59,333 nt of DNA from contig JBJTQT010000131.1 in assembly GCA_046075745.1 (NCBI GenBank), positions 1 to 59,333 of the forward strand, read 5' to 3'. The position numbers and the translations under genes were made by a program. Origin of the DNA: Cyanobium sp. (GTDB lineage: Bacteria; Cyanobacteriota; Cyanobacteriia; PCC-6307; Cyanobiaceae). The notes beneath the pieces are model-generated. The model saw nothing but the letters and a program-made list of their open reading frames with translations. It searched no databases and was not told where the DNA came from. Shown here piece by piece: positions 27,172 through 38,363 of this stretch; the stretch's first letter is position 1; every line of letters begins with the position of its first letter.

Positions 27172-28350
27172 GTGATCCCTCCTCTGTTGACCCTTCTGTC
27201 CCCTGGTCTCCAGGGCTACACCTTGCCCGTATGGGTGGCGGCGGCGGCCCGGGCCGCCCTTGCGGCCCTGCGGTGCGAGGGCAGCCAGCCCGCCTGGGCC
27301 CTGGATCTGCTCCAGGGGGAAGGGCAGCCTCCCGTGCCTGTGCCGGTGCGGGCCGCCTCCCTGATCGGGGAGGGCTGGGCCCTGGGGGAGGCCTGCTGCG
27401 ATCCGGGGGATGGCCTGGATCTCACCCGTGGCCTGCTGGTCTGGACTCTGGCCCGTTGGCAAGAGGCTCCCGGCCCGCCGGAGGAGGGCGCCGACTCCTG
27501 GCTGCAGCTGGAGCCGGGGGAAGGGGTGGGGGTGCATGCCGCCACCGGGGAAGTGTGTGTGTCGGCCTATGCCCGGGCTCTGCTGGAGGCCAATCTCCGC
27601 CCTCTGGTGCCGGAGGGCCGCCAGTTGCTGCTGAAGGTGGTGCTCCCGGAGGGTCGCGCCCTGGCGGAACGCACCAGCAATGTCGCCTTCGGGGTGGTGG
27701 AGGGCCTGGCTTTGATCGGCACCCAGGCGGAAACCCAGGCCAGCGCCAATCCCACCCAGCTGGATCGCACCCTTTCAGAGCTCAAGGCCCGGCTGGAGGT
27801 CCCCGGCTTCAGCGGGGATCTGATCCTGGTGATCGGAGAAAACGGGCTGGATCTGGCGCCGCGGCTGGGGCTGCCTGCGGATTCCCTCCTCAAGGTGGGC
27901 AACTGGCTGGGGCCGGTGCTGGTGGCCGCGGGGCAGGGGGGCGTTCGGCGTCTGCTCGTGTTCGGCTATCAGGGCAAGCTCATCAAGCTCGCGGGGGGGA
28001 TCTTTCACACCCATCACCACCTGGCCGATGGCCGCGCCGAGGTGCTCACGGCCCTGGCGGCCCTGGAGGGTCTCACCGGGACCGCTCTGGAGACCCTCCA
28101 CGGCGCTCCCACCGTGGAGGAAGCCCTCTCTGAGTTGCAGGCCACCGATCCGGCCCTGGCCGCTCGCCTGCGCGCTCGGCTGGCCCGCACCATCGAGCGT
28201 CGCGTGGCCGACTATCTGGAGCGCCATGGGGCGGCCGGCCCCTCCGTGGGGGCGGCGCTGTTCGATCGGCGGCGCCGGCTCTGTGCGGTGGGCCCCATCG
28301 GGGCCGATCTTCTGCAGGCGTGGACAGGGTCTTCGCCCAGTGCACCCTAG
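27172..28350 (+). CDS. cbiD: Cobalt-precorrin-5B C1-methyltransferase
   Basis: [53 protein letters not shown]. Confidence 0.92.
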   Translation: MIPPLLTLLSPGLQGYTLPVWVAAAARAALAALRCEGSQPAWALDLLQGEGQPPVPVPVRAASLIGEGWALGEACCDPGDGLDLTRGLLVWTLARWQEAPGPPEEGADSWLQLEPGEGVGVHAATGEVCVSAYARALLEANLRPLVPEGRQLLLKVVLPEGRALAERTSNVAFGVVEGLALIGTQAETQASANPTQLDRTLSELKARLEVPGFSGDLILVIGENGLDLAPRLGLPADSLLKVGNWLGPVLVAAGQGGVRRLLVFGYQGKLIKLAGGIFHTHHHLADGRAEVLTALAALEGLTGTALETLHGAPTVEEALSELQATDPALAARLRARLARTIERRVADYLERHGAAGPSVGAALFDRRRRLCAVGPIGADLLQAWTGSSPSAP

Positions 28351-28406
28351 GGTTGGAGTGGTGGCCCCATCCGGCCCCAGAGCCTGGCCCGGCCAACCCC
28401 GCTTCC

Positions 28407-30050
28407 ATGTCGTCTTCCCCCTCCACCGTCAGCATCAGCCAGGCCCCAGAGGCTCCACCGTTCGGCCCCCTCGCCGAGGCCCTCAGCGGCAGCCGCAAGC
28501 CGGGAATCGTGATCCTGGATTTCGGCTCCCAGTATTCCGAGCTCATTGCCCGGCGGGTGCGGGAAACCGAGGTGTATTCCCTTGTGCTTCCCTACACCAC
28601 CACCGCTGCGGAACTGCGCCTGCTGGCCCCCCGTGGGCTCATTCTCAGCGGCGGTCCCAGCTCTGTGTATGAGGAGGGGGCTCCCCAGTGCGATCCGGAG
28701 ATCTGGGGTCTGGAGCTGCCGTTGCTGGGCGTGTGTTACGGCATGCAGCTGATGGTGCAGCAGCTGGGAGGCCGGGTGGTGGCCGCCGGGCGGGCTGAAT
28801 ATGGCAAGGCGCCGTTCCATGTGGACGACCCCCGGGACCTGCTCACCAATGTGGAGAGCGGCTCCACCATGTGGATGAGCCATGGCGATTCCGTTGAGGT
28901 GCTGCCTGAGGGTTTTGTGCGTCTTGGCCACACTGAGAACACTCCGGATGCGGCGGTGGCTCACCATGGCCGCAGGCTTTATGGGGTGCAGTTCCATCCG
29001 GAGGTGGTGCATTCCACCGATGGCATGGCCTTGATCCGCAACTTCGTCTACCACATCTGTGGGTGCTCCCCCGACTGGACCACCGACGCCTTCATCGATG
29101 AAGCCATCGCCGATGTCCGCGCCCAAGTGGGCAACAAGCGGGTGCTGCTGGCCCTCTCCGGCGGCGTGGATTCCTCAACCCTGGCCTTTCTTCTGCATCG
29201 TGCGATCGGCGATCAGCTCACCTGCATGTTCATCGATCAAGGCTTCATGCGGAAGGGTGAACCTGAGTTTCTCGTCGACTTCTTTGATCGTCGTTTTCAT
29301 ATCCGAGTCGAATACATCAATGCCCGCCAGCGGTTCATTTCCAGGCTCGCCGGCATCACGGATCCGGAGGAGAAACGCAAGCTCATCGGCGCGGAATTCA
29401 TCCGTGTCTTTGAGGAAGAGAGCAAGCGCCTCGGTCCCTTCCACTACCTCGCCCAGGGTACCCTCTATCCCGATGTGATCGAATCGGCCGGCACCAATAT
29501 CGATCCCAAGACAGGCGAGCGGGTGGCCGTGAAGATCAAGAGCCACCACAACGTGGGCGGGTTGCCCAAGGATCTGCAGTTCAAGCTGGTGGAGCCCCTG
29601 CGGCGCCTTTTCAAGGATGAGGTGCGCAAGGTGGGACGCAACCTTGGCCTGCCGCAGGAGATCGTGGGCCGCCATCCCTTCCCAGGCCCCGGCCTGGCCA
29701 TTCGCATCCTCGGGGAGGTGACCGCCGAGAAGCTGAACATCCTCCGCGATGCCGATTTGATCGTGCGGGAAGAGGTGCGTCGCGCCGGGCTCTACGACAG
29801 CATTTGGCAGGCCTTTGCCGTGCTGCTTCCCGTGCGCAGCGTGGGTGTGATGGGGGACAAGCGCACCTATGCCTTCCCGGTGGTGCTGCGGTTCGTGTCC
29901 TCGGAAGATGGGATGACCGCTGATTGGTCGCGTTTGCCCTACGACCTGTTGGAGCTCATGTCCAACAGGATCGTCAACGAGGTGAAGGGTGTGAACCGGG
30001 TGGTGCTGGACATCACCAGCAAGCCCCCAGGCACGATCGAGTGGGAATAG
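28407..30050 (+). CDS. guaA: GMP synthase (glutamine-hydrolysing)
   Basis: [44 protein letters not shown]. Confidence 0.97.
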   Translation: MSSSPSTVSISQAPEAPPFGPLAEALSGSRKPGIVILDFGSQYSELIARRVRETEVYSLVLPYTTTAAELRLLAPRGLILSGGPSSVYEEGAPQCDPEIWGLELPLLGVCYGMQLMVQQLGGRVVAAGRAEYGKAPFHVDDPRDLLTNVESGSTMWMSHGDSVEVLPEGFVRLGHTENTPDAAVAHHGRRLYGVQFHPEVVHSTDGMALIRNFVYHICGCSPDWTTDAFIDEAIADVRAQVGNKRVLLALSGGVDSSTLAFLLHRAIGDQLTCMFIDQGFMRKGEPEFLVDFFDRRFHIRVEYINARQRFISRLAGITDPEEKRKLIGAEFIRVFEEESKRLGPFHYLAQGTLYPDVIESAGTNIDPKTGERVAVKIKSHHNVGGLPKDLQFKLVEPLRRLFKDEVRKVGRNLGLPQEIVGRHPFPGPGLAIRILGEVTAEKLNILRDADLIVREEVRRAGLYDSIWQAFAVLLPVRSVGVMGDKRTYAFPVVLRFVSSEDGMTADWSRLPYDLLELMSNRIVNEVKGVNRVVLDITSKPPGTIEWE

Positions 30051-30119
30051 GGGCAGCTCAGGGCTGGCCAGCCCCTTCCGCCGCCGATACCATCAGCTCC
30101 CCGATCTGCCCTGGACACC

Positions 30120-30737
30120 GTGACTCAGATGGTTGCTGGCGAACAGGATCCCCAGCTGCAGCGTCGCCTGCAGCACGACACCATCCAGTTCGGGAACAAG
30201 ACCGTTTACCTCAACCCCTTCCTCTACTGGCGACGTTTTGACGCGAACACCGATCGCTGGCTGCGGGAACCGGGCCAGCTGCCCGAGGATCAGATCCTGA
30301 CCAACCGCCGCCGCTTCTATCCCGAACTCGACTGGGACAGCCTGGAGCCGGAAGAGCTTCAGGTGCGGGAGGGGGCTGTTGAGATGTTTATCAAAAGCCT
30401 GGAGTTGATCACCACCTTTAACCCCGAGCTCACCCCAGGGCAGCTTCTGGAGGTGGAGCGCAAAATGGCGGTCACCAAGAAAAAGGCCTTCGAACGTTGG
30501 GTGGAGAGGGCCCTGCGTCGGCGCGAGAAGCTGGTGTCCCGCGATCGCCGCCGGTTTGATCGCGAGCGCTGGCAGCGCGGCTGGATGGAATGGCTGGCCC
30601 TGCCCGCCACCCGTTCCGCCCTGCTGCCCCTGAGCGGCCTGTTCGTGCTGGCCATGGCCGCAGGGTGGTGGCTGGGCACCCACCAGGCCTGCAGTCCGTC
30701 GGCGGGGCGACCACCTGTTGAGCTGCCTGCACCCTGA
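30120..30737 (+). CDS. Conserved hypothetical protein with a C-terminal TM helix
   Basis: YLNPFLYWRRFDANTDRWLREPGQ core; co-oriented between guaA and mrdA. Confidence 0.75.
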   Translation: MTQMVAGEQDPQLQRRLQHDTIQFGNKTVYLNPFLYWRRFDANTDRWLREPGQLPEDQILTNRRRFYPELDWDSLEPEELQVREGAVEMFIKSLELITTFNPELTPGQLLEVERKMAVTKKKAFERWVERALRRREKLVSRDRRRFDRERWQRGWMEWLALPATRSALLPLSGLFVLAMAAGWWLGTHQACSPSAGRPPVELPAP

Positions 30738-30797
30738 TTCCCTCCCTTCCCAGGGCAGGGCACGTCAGACTGGGGAGATCATGTTCTGAGCTGCGCG

Positions 30798-31190
30798 ATG
30801 GCCGCCGATCCCTTGGACGCCCTGCGACTCACCCTCATGCAGGACGTGCTGCCCGTTGGCCTGGCAGTGGCCGAGCGGGTCCGCAAGGGTGGGCCAAAGG
30901 AAGTGTTGTCGGCATTCGATGGCAGCAATGCCGATCCTCTGGGCCGTCTCCGGGAGGAAGGAGAACCCGCCGCCCGAACCGTTCGCGACAATCTGGACCG
31001 CCTCCAGCCGGGCCTGGGCAACCCTGTTCTGCGAGTGGACGTGCGGGATGTGCCCACGGAATCCTCCGTGCAGGCCTCCGCCGCCTCGGTGGAGTCTTCC
31101 GAAGAGCACCCTCCGGAGGAGCTGCAGCAAGCCCTCAGCCGCATCGCTGAACGCCTGGCCAGGCTGGAGCGGCACTTGGAGGCCTCCTAG
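30798..31190 (+). CDS. Conserved hypothetical protein
   Basis: DALRLTLMQDVLPVGLA...PGLGNPV; ends 8 nt before mrdA. Confidence 0.72.
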   Translation: MAADPLDALRLTLMQDVLPVGLAVAERVRKGGPKEVLSAFDGSNADPLGRLREEGEPAARTVRDNLDRLQPGLGNPVLRVDVRDVPTESSVQASAASVESSEEHPPEELQQALSRIAERLARLERHLEAS

Positions 31191-31198
31191 TTCCCCCC

Positions 31199-32977
31199 AT
31201 GGCTCTTGTTGCACTGCCTGGGGCCTCGCGTCGCACGGGGTTGGCTCACCAGGCGGCCTGGCTGATGCTTTTCGTGCTGGTCTTTGGTGGGGCCATCGTG
31301 GCCCGCCTGGCCTGGCTTCAGCTCCTGCATGGATCCGAATTCAAGGTGATGGCCGATGAAAACAGGATTCGGCTCATTCCCCGCCATCCCATCCGCGGCC
31401 GCCTCCTGGATCGCCAGGGCCAGGTGCTGGCCACCAATCGTCTCACCTACACCCTTGCGCTCCAACCCCGTTTTGTGAAGGAAGAGCAGTGGCCGGCCCT
31501 GCGGGATCGCCTGGCCACCTTGCTGGGGCTGTCCCGGGACACCCTGGACAGCCGCTACCGCGCAGGGCTCAAGGCCAAGGACTTTCAGATCGAGCTGGCC
31601 GGGCCTCTCACGCCTTCCCAGGTGCTCCGGTTTCGCGAGCAGGCCGGGGTGCTCTATGGGGCGGAAGTGGCTGTGAATGTGCTGCGGCACTATCCCCATG
31701 GATCCCTAGGGGCCCATGTGATGGGCACCACCAGCAGTATCACGGAAGAGGAATACGAACGGCTGCAACCCCAGGGCTATCGCATCAACGACAGGATCGG
31801 CCGCAGTGGCATGGAGCGGGCTTACGAAACCACGCTGCGGGGGGAATGGGGAGGGCAGCAGCTGGAGATCAATGCAGCCGGTCAGGTGCAGAGGGTGCTG
31901 GGCGACAAGCCCGCCCGCCCTGGGAAGGACCTCAGGCTCACCCTGGATCTCGATCTGCAGAAGGCTGCTGAGCGGGCGCTGGACACGGTGTCCAAGGGGG
32001 CGATCGTGGCGATGGATCCCCGCACCGGAGCCATTCGTGCCCTGGCGAGCCGACCCACCTTTGATCCCAACGTCTTCGCAGACGGCCCCACCCTGAGCCA
32101 GTGGAATGATCTCAACCGACCGGAGGCTCCCATGCTCAACCGGGCGTTCCAGGGATTTCCGCCGGCCAGCACCTTCAAGATCGTCACCACCATCGCCGCT
32201 CTGGAGTCGGGCAAATACAAGGAAACCTCCATGGTTCCCACCATGGGCAGCTTCTGTTATTACGGCCAGTGCTATGCCGACCATGGCTCCTTCGGCAGCA
32301 TCGGCTTCCCGATGGCCCTGGCGGTGAGCAGCAATAGCTTCTATTACCAGGTGGGCCTGAAGGTGGGTCCGGACGATCTCTTCAAGGCGGCTCGGCGGAT
32401 GGGCTACGGCAGCCTCACGGGAATTGAGATCCGCGATGAGGAAACCCCAGGCCTGCTTGGGGATCCCGCCTGGAAGAAAGAGGTGCTGGATGAACCCTGG
32501 ACGCCTGTGGACACGATCACATCCGCCATTGGCCAGGGGGCGGTGACCGTGACACCTCTGCAGATGGCCCGCCTGTATGCCGCTGTGGCCAATGGGGGCT
32601 GGCTGGTGAAGCCCCATCTGGTGGAGCAGCCCACGTCCCGTCAGTGGATCGGCCTGCGGCCGGAAACCCTGCGCTCCCTGAGAAAGGGACTCCGGGAGGT
32701 GGTGACCGAGGGCACAGCCAAGATCCTGAACGATCCCACCCTGCCCCCCGTTGCGGGCAAGACCGGCACGGCGGAAGATCCGCCCCGGCCGGACCATGCC
32801 TGGTTCGGGGGCTATGCCCCCGCGGACAAGCCCGAGCTGGTGATCATCGCCTTTGGAGAAAACAGCGGAGGCTATGGGGGCACCGTGGCCGCCCCGATGG
32901 TGAAAGCGCTCCTGAGCACCTGGTTTCAGGGACAACGGCCCCCTTCCCCTTCCGGTTCCCCCCAGGCTCAGCCCTGA
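31199..32977 (+). CDS. mrdA: Penicillin-binding protein 2
   Basis: N-terminal TM helix, PASTFK (SxxK), SSN (SxN), GKTGT motifs. Confidence 0.93.
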   Translation: MALVALPGASRRTGLAHQAAWLMLFVLVFGGAIVARLAWLQLLHGSEFKVMADENRIRLIPRHPIRGRLLDRQGQVLATNRLTYTLALQPRFVKEEQWPALRDRLATLLGLSRDTLDSRYRAGLKAKDFQIELAGPLTPSQVLRFREQAGVLYGAEVAVNVLRHYPHGSLGAHVMGTTSSITEEEYERLQPQGYRINDRIGRSGMERAYETTLRGEWGGQQLEINAAGQVQRVLGDKPARPGKDLRLTLDLDLQKAAERALDTVSKGAIVAMDPRTGAIRALASRPTFDPNVFADGPTLSQWNDLNRPEAPMLNRAFQGFPPASTFKIVTTIAALESGKYKETSMVPTMGSFCYYGQCYADHGSFGSIGFPMALAVSSNSFYYQVGLKVGPDDLFKAARRMGYGSLTGIEIRDEETPGLLGDPAWKKEVLDEPWTPVDTITSAIGQGAVTVTPLQMARLYAAVANGGWLVKPHLVEQPTSRQWIGLRPETLRSLRKGLREVVTEGTAKILNDPTLPPVAGKTGTAEDPPRPDHAWFGGYAPADKPELVIIAFGENSGGYGGTVAAPMVKALLSTWFQGQRPPSPSGSPQAQP

Positions 32978-32981
32978 AGCC

Positions 32982-34118
32982 TCAGGCCACCAGGGCCACC
33001 TTGCCGGGATGCACCACTTCGGCGTAATAGTTCCGAAGCTGCTCTGTGGCACTGGCCCAGCTCCAGCGTTCAGCTTCCTGACGGGCGGCCTGCCGCAGGG
33101 TGCGGCGGGTCTCCGCATCCCCAAGCAGCACCTGCACTGCCTCCACCAGCGACTCCGGTCGATCCGGGTCGTAGAGACAGCCGTTCTCGCCGTGGCTCAC
33201 GATGTCTGGAATCCCCCCGCGGTTGGCCCCCACCACCGGACAGCCGGCGGCCATGGCCTCCAGCAGCACCAGCCCGAGGGTTTCCGTGGAAGAGGGGAAG
33301 AGAAAGGCATCACCGCTGGCGTAGGCGGCGGCCAGTTCCTCTCCGGCGAGGTAGCCCACGAAGGTGGTGGCCGTGCCTTCGAAGAGCCGCTCCAGCTGCG
33401 GCCGATAGGGACCATCGCCCACCAGGGCCAGGCGGGTTTCGGGCAGGGCAGTGAGCACGGGGCGGATCCGCTCGATCTGCTTTTCGGCGGAGAGGCGGCC
33501 GATGTAGAGGAGCAGATTGCCGGTGTCCCCGTGCGTCCCATGCAGGCGTGCCCGCATGGCCTCCGAGCGGGAGGAGGGCCGAAATAGCTCTGTATCCACG
33601 CCCCGCTGCCAGAGCGCCGTGTGCTGGATCCCCTTGGAGGCCAGTTCGGCCACCATGGCGGTGGAGGTGCAGAGGTTGAGCTGGGCCTGGTTATGGGCTG
33701 TCTTGAGCAGCTCCCAAAGCAGGGGTTCCAGCATCCCCATGCCGTAGTGCTCCAGGTATTTCGGCAGATGGGTGTGATAGCTGGCCACCAGGGGCAGCCC
33801 TCGGGAGCGCGCCAGCCAGATCCCCCCCAGCCCCAGAACGGCAGGATTCACCACGTGCACCAGATCCGGCGCAAACCGGTCCAGGGCCTCGGAGACGGCG
33901 GGCCTGGGGAGAGCCAGCTTGAGCTCTGGGTAGAGGGGAAGCGGCATGGCGGGCACCCCCACCACCCTGGCCCCCATGAAGTGATCCGGTGCCCCTTCCG
34001 GGCAGAAGATCAGCACCTCATCCCCCGCTGCCACCAGGTGCTGCACCGTTTTGGTGAGACGGGTCACGATGCCGTCAACCTTGGGCAGAAAGGTTTCCGT
34101 GAAAAAAACGATCTTCAC
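32982..34118 (-). CDS. sqdX: Sulfoquinovosyldiacylglycerol synthase (GT4)
   Basis: FTETFLPKVDGIVTRL, ETLGLVLLEAMAAG; immediately downstream of sqdB. Confidence 0.92.
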   Translation of the reverse strand: MKIVFFTETFLPKVDGIVTRLTKTVQHLVAAGDEVLIFCPEGAPDHFMGARVVGVPAMPLPLYPELKLALPRPAVSEALDRFAPDLVHVVNPAVLGLGGIWLARSRGLPLVASYHTHLPKYLEHYGMGMLEPLLWELLKTAHNQAQLNLCTSTAMVAELASKGIQHTALWQRGVDTELFRPSSRSEAMRARLHGTHGDTGNLLLYIGRLSAEKQIERIRPVLTALPETRLALVGDGPYRPQLERLFEGTATTFVGYLAGEELAAAYASGDAFLFPSSTETLGLVLLEAMAAGCPVVGANRGGIPDIVSHGENGCLYDPDRPESLVEAVQVLLGDAETRRTLRQAARQEAERWSWASATEQLRNYYAEVVHPGKVALVA

Positions 34119-34130
34119 TGAACGTGCCGT

Positions 34131-35327
34131 TCAGGCCGGAGATCCGATGGCGGCCGCCTGGCGGCGCGTCCATGCGGAGAGGCAGGGAATCCTCGAGCGG
34201 TCACAGCGGTCGGCCCAGCGGCGGGCCACATCCACCACTTCGGTCAGCAGGCCGTCATCCAGGGTGGTGGGATTGAGGCCCAACTCGATGAAGCAGCGGT
34301 TGTCGACGATCAGATCGTTTTCAATGGCTTCGTTGCGGGGATTGGAGAGATAACTCACCTCTGCCCCCGTCAGCGCGGCCACCTTCTCGGCCAAGTCGGC
34401 GACGCGATGGCTCTCGGTCATCTGATTGAAGATCTTCACCCGTTCTCCATGGCCCGGAGGATTCTCAAGGGCGAGCTGAACGCAGCGCACGGAATCCCGG
34501 ATGTGAATGAAGGCCCGAGTCTGACCCCCGGTGCCGTGCACGGTGAGGGGGTAGCCGATGGCCGCCTGCATCAGGAAGCGATTCAGAACGGTTCCGTAGT
34601 CTCCGTCGTAATCGAAGCGGTTGGTGAGCCGGGGATCCTTTTCCGTCAGGGCTGTGTTCGTGCCCCAGACGATGCCCTGATGCAGATCCGTGATTCGGAT
34701 GTTGTCGTTTTTGTTGTAGTAGAAGAACAGGAGTTGATCCAGCGTTTTGGTCATGTGATAAACGCTGCCCGGGTTCGCCGGGTGCAGGATCTTCTCGGTG
34801 AAACGGCTGCCATCCGGCTGGGGCACCTCCACGGTGAGATAGCCCTCCGGAATGGTGGCGCCCCGGTGGGATCCATAGCCGTAGACACCCATCGTTCCCA
34901 GGTGAACGATGTGGATGTCCTGCCCGCTCTCCACGATGGCGGCCAGCACGTTGTGGGTGCCGTTGACGTTGTTGTCGACGGTGTAGCGCTTGGTGGCGCT
35001 GGATTTCATCGAATAGGGGGCGGCCCGTTGCTCGGCGAAGTGCACCACGGCATCCGGACGCTCCCCGCGCAGCAGCTCCAGCAGCTCCTCATAGTTCTTC
35101 GCAATATCCAGGTGTTCGAAGCGGATCGGCCGACCGCCCACCTGCTCCCAGGCCGTCAGCCGGTCGCGGATGGTTGCGATCGGCGTCAGCGACTCCACCC
35201 CCAGGTCGATGTCGATCTTGCGGCGGCTGAGGTTGTCCACGATGACCACCTCATGGCCCCCATCCGCCAGGTTGACCGCGCAGGGCCAGCCGCAGAAACC
35301 GTCGCCGCCGAGAACAAGGACCTTCAC
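34131..35327 (-). CDS. sqdB: UDP-sulfoquinovose synthase
   Basis: GGDGFCGW, HFAEQRAAPYSM, LGTMGVYG, YHMTK; GTG start. Confidence 0.95.
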   Translation of the reverse strand: MKVLVLGGDGFCGWPCAVNLADGGHEVVIVDNLSRRKIDIDLGVESLTPIATIRDRLTAWEQVGGRPIRFEHLDIAKNYEELLELLRGERPDAVVHFAEQRAAPYSMKSSATKRYTVDNNVNGTHNVLAAIVESGQDIHIVHLGTMGVYGYGSHRGATIPEGYLTVEVPQPDGSRFTEKILHPANPGSVYHMTKTLDQLLFFYYNKNDNIRITDLHQGIVWGTNTALTEKDPRLTNRFDYDGDYGTVLNRFLMQAAIGYPLTVHGTGGQTRAFIHIRDSVRCVQLALENPPGHGERVKIFNQMTESHRVADLAEKVAALTGAEVSYLSNPRNEAIENDLIVDNRCFIELGLNPTTLDDGLLTEVVDVARRWADRCDRSRIPCLSAWTRRQAAAIGSPA

Positions 35328-35399
35328 CCCGAGACTCCTGAATGCGCGGTTGCCTTAACGCAGCAAGCTACTACAGGCCTCCGGCCTCTCCAACAGCCT

Positions 35400-35564
35400 T
35401 CAGCCGATGCGGCTCGCTACGGCCATGAGCACCAGCACCAGCACCCCGCCTCCGATCAGCAGAAGCCTGTTGGAACGAGGGGTATCCCCGGGCTCCATCA
35501 CCACCATGCGGGGCTCGTTGGCAAAGGCATTGAGCTTGCCGCCATCTTCCTGGGTGACCTGCAT
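35400..35564 (-). CDS. psb34: Ssl1498/Psb34-family PSII assembly protein
   Basis: MQVTQEDGGKLNAFANEPRM followed by one TM helix. Confidence 0.8.
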   Translation of the reverse strand: MQVTQEDGGKLNAFANEPRMVVMEPGDTPRSNRLLLIGGGVLVLVLMAVASRIG

Positions 35565-35635
35565 CGCGGTGGACTGAGAAAGTGGGCAAACCTTATGGGT
35601 GTCGGCCCAAGTCGTCTGGCTCCCGGCATGGAATG

Positions 35636-36514
35636 TCACAGAGCTTGCGGTCCTTCCAGGGTTCCCACCCGCCCCTGGATCGGTGAACTGGGACTGGCCT
35701 GCTGGCGCACAGGCAGGCGGCCCGCCAGGTGGGCCAGGCGGCCTGCGCTGGTGGCCAGAGCCATGGCCAGAGCCATGGCCGGCGGATCCCCAGCCAGGGC
35801 AATGGCGCTGTTCACCAGGAGGGCATCGGCCCCCATCTCCATCGCTTCGGCGGCCTCGCTGGGCACGCCGATCCCTGCATCCACCACCACGGGAACCGTT
35901 GCCTCCTGAATGATCAGGGCGATGTTGGCCGCATTGCGAATGCCCTGGGCCGAGCCGATCGGCGACCCCAGGGGCATCACCGTGGCACAGCCCACCTCCT
36001 CCAGCCTCCTTGCCAGCAGGGGGTCGGCATTGATGTAGGGCAGCACGGTGAAGCCCTCCCGCACCAGTTGTTCAGCTGCCTCCAGGGTTCCGAAGGGATC
36101 GGGCAGCAGATGGCGTGGATCCGGAATCACCTCCAGCTTCACGAAGGTGTTGTCCTCCTGGCCAGCCAGCTTCGCCAGCTCCCGGCCCAGGCGGGCCACC
36201 CGGATGGCTTCCTCTGCGGTGGCACACCCGGCGGTGTTGGGCAGCATCCAACAGCGCTGCCAATCGATGGCCTCCATCAACCCCTGGTGCCCCTGGGCCT
36301 GGTTCTGAACCCTGCGCACGGCCACGGTGACGATCTCGCAGCCACTGGCCTCCAGGCTGGCCTGCATCAGCGCGAGGGAGGGGTATTTGCCGGTGCCGGT
36401 CATCAACCGGCTGGAAAAGGAGCGTCCACCGATCTGCAGGGCATCCCCACTGGCTGCTGTGGGAACCGTGGGGATGAGGTCCCTCGGGGCCGATGGGGAT
36501 GGCAAGGGGCACAT
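35636..36514 (-). CDS. thiG: Thiazole synthase
   Basis: [39 protein letters not shown]. Confidence 0.95.
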   Translation of the reverse strand: MCPLPSPSAPRDLIPTVPTAASGDALQIGGRSFSSRLMTGTGKYPSLALMQASLEASGCEIVTVAVRRVQNQAQGHQGLMEAIDWQRCWMLPNTAGCATAEEAIRVARLGRELAKLAGQEDNTFVKLEVIPDPRHLLPDPFGTLEAAEQLVREGFTVLPYINADPLLARRLEEVGCATVMPLGSPIGSAQGIRNAANIALIIQEATVPVVVDAGIGVPSEAAEAMEMGADALLVNSAIALAGDPPAMALAMALATSAGRLAHLAGRLPVRQQASPSSPIQGRVGTLEGPQAL

Positions 36515-36571
36515 GGGGGGTGTCTTCCACGGCTAATCCCTCTAGTGTGCGCTGGCAGCTGCTCAACCGTG

Positions 36572-37102
36572 ATGCCATTGCCCGCAGCCCTGGCTTCCTT
36601 TCTTGTGGCAGCGAGCCCTCTCCCCTCGGGCGGAGCTTTCGTTCCGTTAACCCCGGTCCCCTCACCCGCCGTCGAGCCTTCCGCAGGCGTGGAGCTCTAC
36701 GACCCGGTCGGTCGTGCTCAGCTAATCGCCGAACGCATTCCTCGCAGCTGGCGGGGCTCCTATCGGTCCTTCAGCAGCCCGAAGGCCCTGCCGGTCGTGT
36801 TGGTGCTGGAGCGGGTCACCCCACTCGGTCAGATGGTGGATCTACGGGGACAGCTCACCCTGGATGGGGTCTCGACGCCCGTGCAGGGCAACATCAATGC
36901 CAAATCCAACCAGCTGGACCTCCTGATCCTCGGCACGACCCTCGGGGCCGTGCTGGAGCCGGGCGGTGAGTTTCAGGGCCAACAGGGTCTCTCGCTGAGC
37001 GGCTGGCTGCCAGACCGCGCCACGGGTCTTGGCGGGAGGCTGCAACTGAACCCCGGACCCTCTCCCCTGGCTGCTGGAGGGGTTGTGCGTGGCCTGTGGT
37101 GA
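36572..37102 (+). CDS. Secreted conserved hypothetical protein
   Basis: Signal-like N-terminus; GQMVDLRG...VQGNINAKSNQLDL...RGLW. Confidence 0.7.
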   Translation: MPLPAALASFLVAASPLPSGGAFVPLTPVPSPAVEPSAGVELYDPVGRAQLIAERIPRSWRGSYRSFSSPKALPVVLVLERVTPLGQMVDLRGQLTLDGVSTPVQGNINAKSNQLDLLILGTTLGAVLEPGGEFQGQQGLSLSGWLPDRATGLGGRLQLNPGPSPLAAGGVVRGLW

Positions 37103-37657
37103 TCAGGCCGCCTTGCCGCTTGAGATGCCGGAGCGGCGATCCAGTGATTTTAGGCGCTTGACAGCCGTTTTGTTTCCGGGCTCAAGGGTCAGTACTTGGT
37201 TGTAGGCCTCGCGGGCTTCGTCAGTCTTGCCCTGTTTCTCCAGGGCAAACGCCAGGTTGTTGAGGGCCACGGGGTAGTCGGTCTTCGCCTTGATGGCTGA
37301 GCGGTAATGGCGGATGGCGGCGGGGTATTTGCCCTGGGCGGCCAGGGCAAAGCCCATGGCGTTTTCCATCAGAGCCAGGGCTTCCGCAGGGGGCTTCTCA
37401 CTCTCGGATTGCTTGAGGGCCGCTTTGAGGCTGTCCGTGGCCTGGCCATAGAGGCGCTTGCGCAGCTGAACGGATGCCAGCTCATACAGGCTGGCGGCAT
37501 CCATGGAGCTGGTGTCGGTCTTTTTGTCTCCACCAAGCCTGGAAAGGGTGAGCTCGTCGGCGCGCACCCGAAGAATCTGTCGGCCCACGGCGACGGCAGC
37601 GATGGCCAGAAGCCCGATCAGTCCCAGGAGATAGGCCTCGGGCAGCAGGTCAAGCAT
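37103..37657 (-). CDS. ycf37: TPR protein, Ycf37/Pyg7-like (PSI assembly)
   Basis: N-terminal TM helix plus three TPR repeats (YPVALNNLAFALEKQG); downstream of rplT. Confidence 0.65.
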   Translation of the reverse strand: MLDLLPEAYLLGLIGLLAIAAVAVGRQILRVRADELTLSRLGGDKKTDTSSMDAASLYELASVQLRKRLYGQATDSLKAALKQSESEKPPAEALALMENAMGFALAAQGKYPAAIRHYRSAIKAKTDYPVALNNLAFALEKQGKTDEAREAYNQVLTLEPGNKTAVKRLKSLDRRSGISSGKAA

Positions 37658-37693
37658 TGGGCAGCAGGTCAACCATCGCAGCGAATCCGCCGT

Positions 37694-38041
37694 CTATCGG
37701 ACGGCGGTGGTCACCACGGTGGTGAAGGTGGAGGGATCGGCGATGGCCAGTTGGGCGAGCATCTTGCGATTGAGGCGGATGTCGGCCTTCTTCATGCCGC
37801 CAATCAGCCGGCTGTAGGTGGTCTGGTTCTGTCTGGCGGCCGCGTTGATGCGGGCGATCCAGAGGCGCCGGAAGTCGCGTTTGCGGCGGCGCCGGTCTCG
37901 GTAGGAGTTGCAGAGGGCTTTCATCACCCGCTGGTTGGCGGTGCGGAAGAGACTGCCGCTGCTGCCGCGGAAGCCCCGGGCCAGGCGAAGAATCTTGTTG
38001 CGGCGCTTCCGGGCGACGTTTCCTCTCTTGACGCGAGTCAT
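37694..38041 (-). CDS. rplT: 50S ribosomal protein L20
   Basis: [14 protein letters not shown]...[12 protein letters not shown]. Confidence 0.98.
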   Translation of the reverse strand: MTRVKRGNVARKRRNKILRLARGFRGSSGSLFRTANQRVMKALCNSYRDRRRRKRDFRRLWIARINAAARQNQTTYSRLIGGMKKADIRLNRKMLAQLAIADPSTFTTVVTTAVR

Positions 38042-38098
38042 GGGTCAGTGGGGATGAATCAGTGGGATGGATGGTTTTGGCGCTCTCAGGAGCGGGGC

Positions 38099-38296
38099 TC
38101 AGGCGTAGGGGAGCATGAGGGCCACGTTGTCGCTGTCCCGCTCATCCACAAGGGCCATGGTGCCCAGATAGCGCTTCCGCTTGGGGCTCTTGTGATCGAG
38201 CAGGTGATTGCGGAAGGCCCTGCGGCGCACAAACTTGCCGGTGGCTGTGGCCCGGAACCGCTTGGCGGCCGCTTTGCGGGTTTTCAGCTTCGGCAT
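38099..38296 (-). CDS. rpmI: 50S ribosomal protein L35
   Basis: [14 protein letters not shown]...LMLPYA. Confidence 0.97.
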   Translation of the reverse strand: MPKLKTRKAAAKRFRATATGKFVRRRAFRNHLLDHKSPKRKRYLGTMALVDERDSDNVALMLPYA

Positions 38297-38363
38297 CTCG
38301 GAGCCACGCGCACAGCCATTCAGAGTACGACGCGACTCCACCCGATTCCAAGTCCTCCGCAAC

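Noticed and set aside
30030-30120. guaA 3' end and dusA 5' end as known island insertion hotspots
   Set aside because: Both are flanked by ordinary chromosomal genes; no integrase or att duplication.
38045-38069. Short direct repeat TCAGTGGG(G)ATG between rpmI and rplT
   Set aside because: Only two imperfect 11-12 nt copies; not an array and no supportable function.
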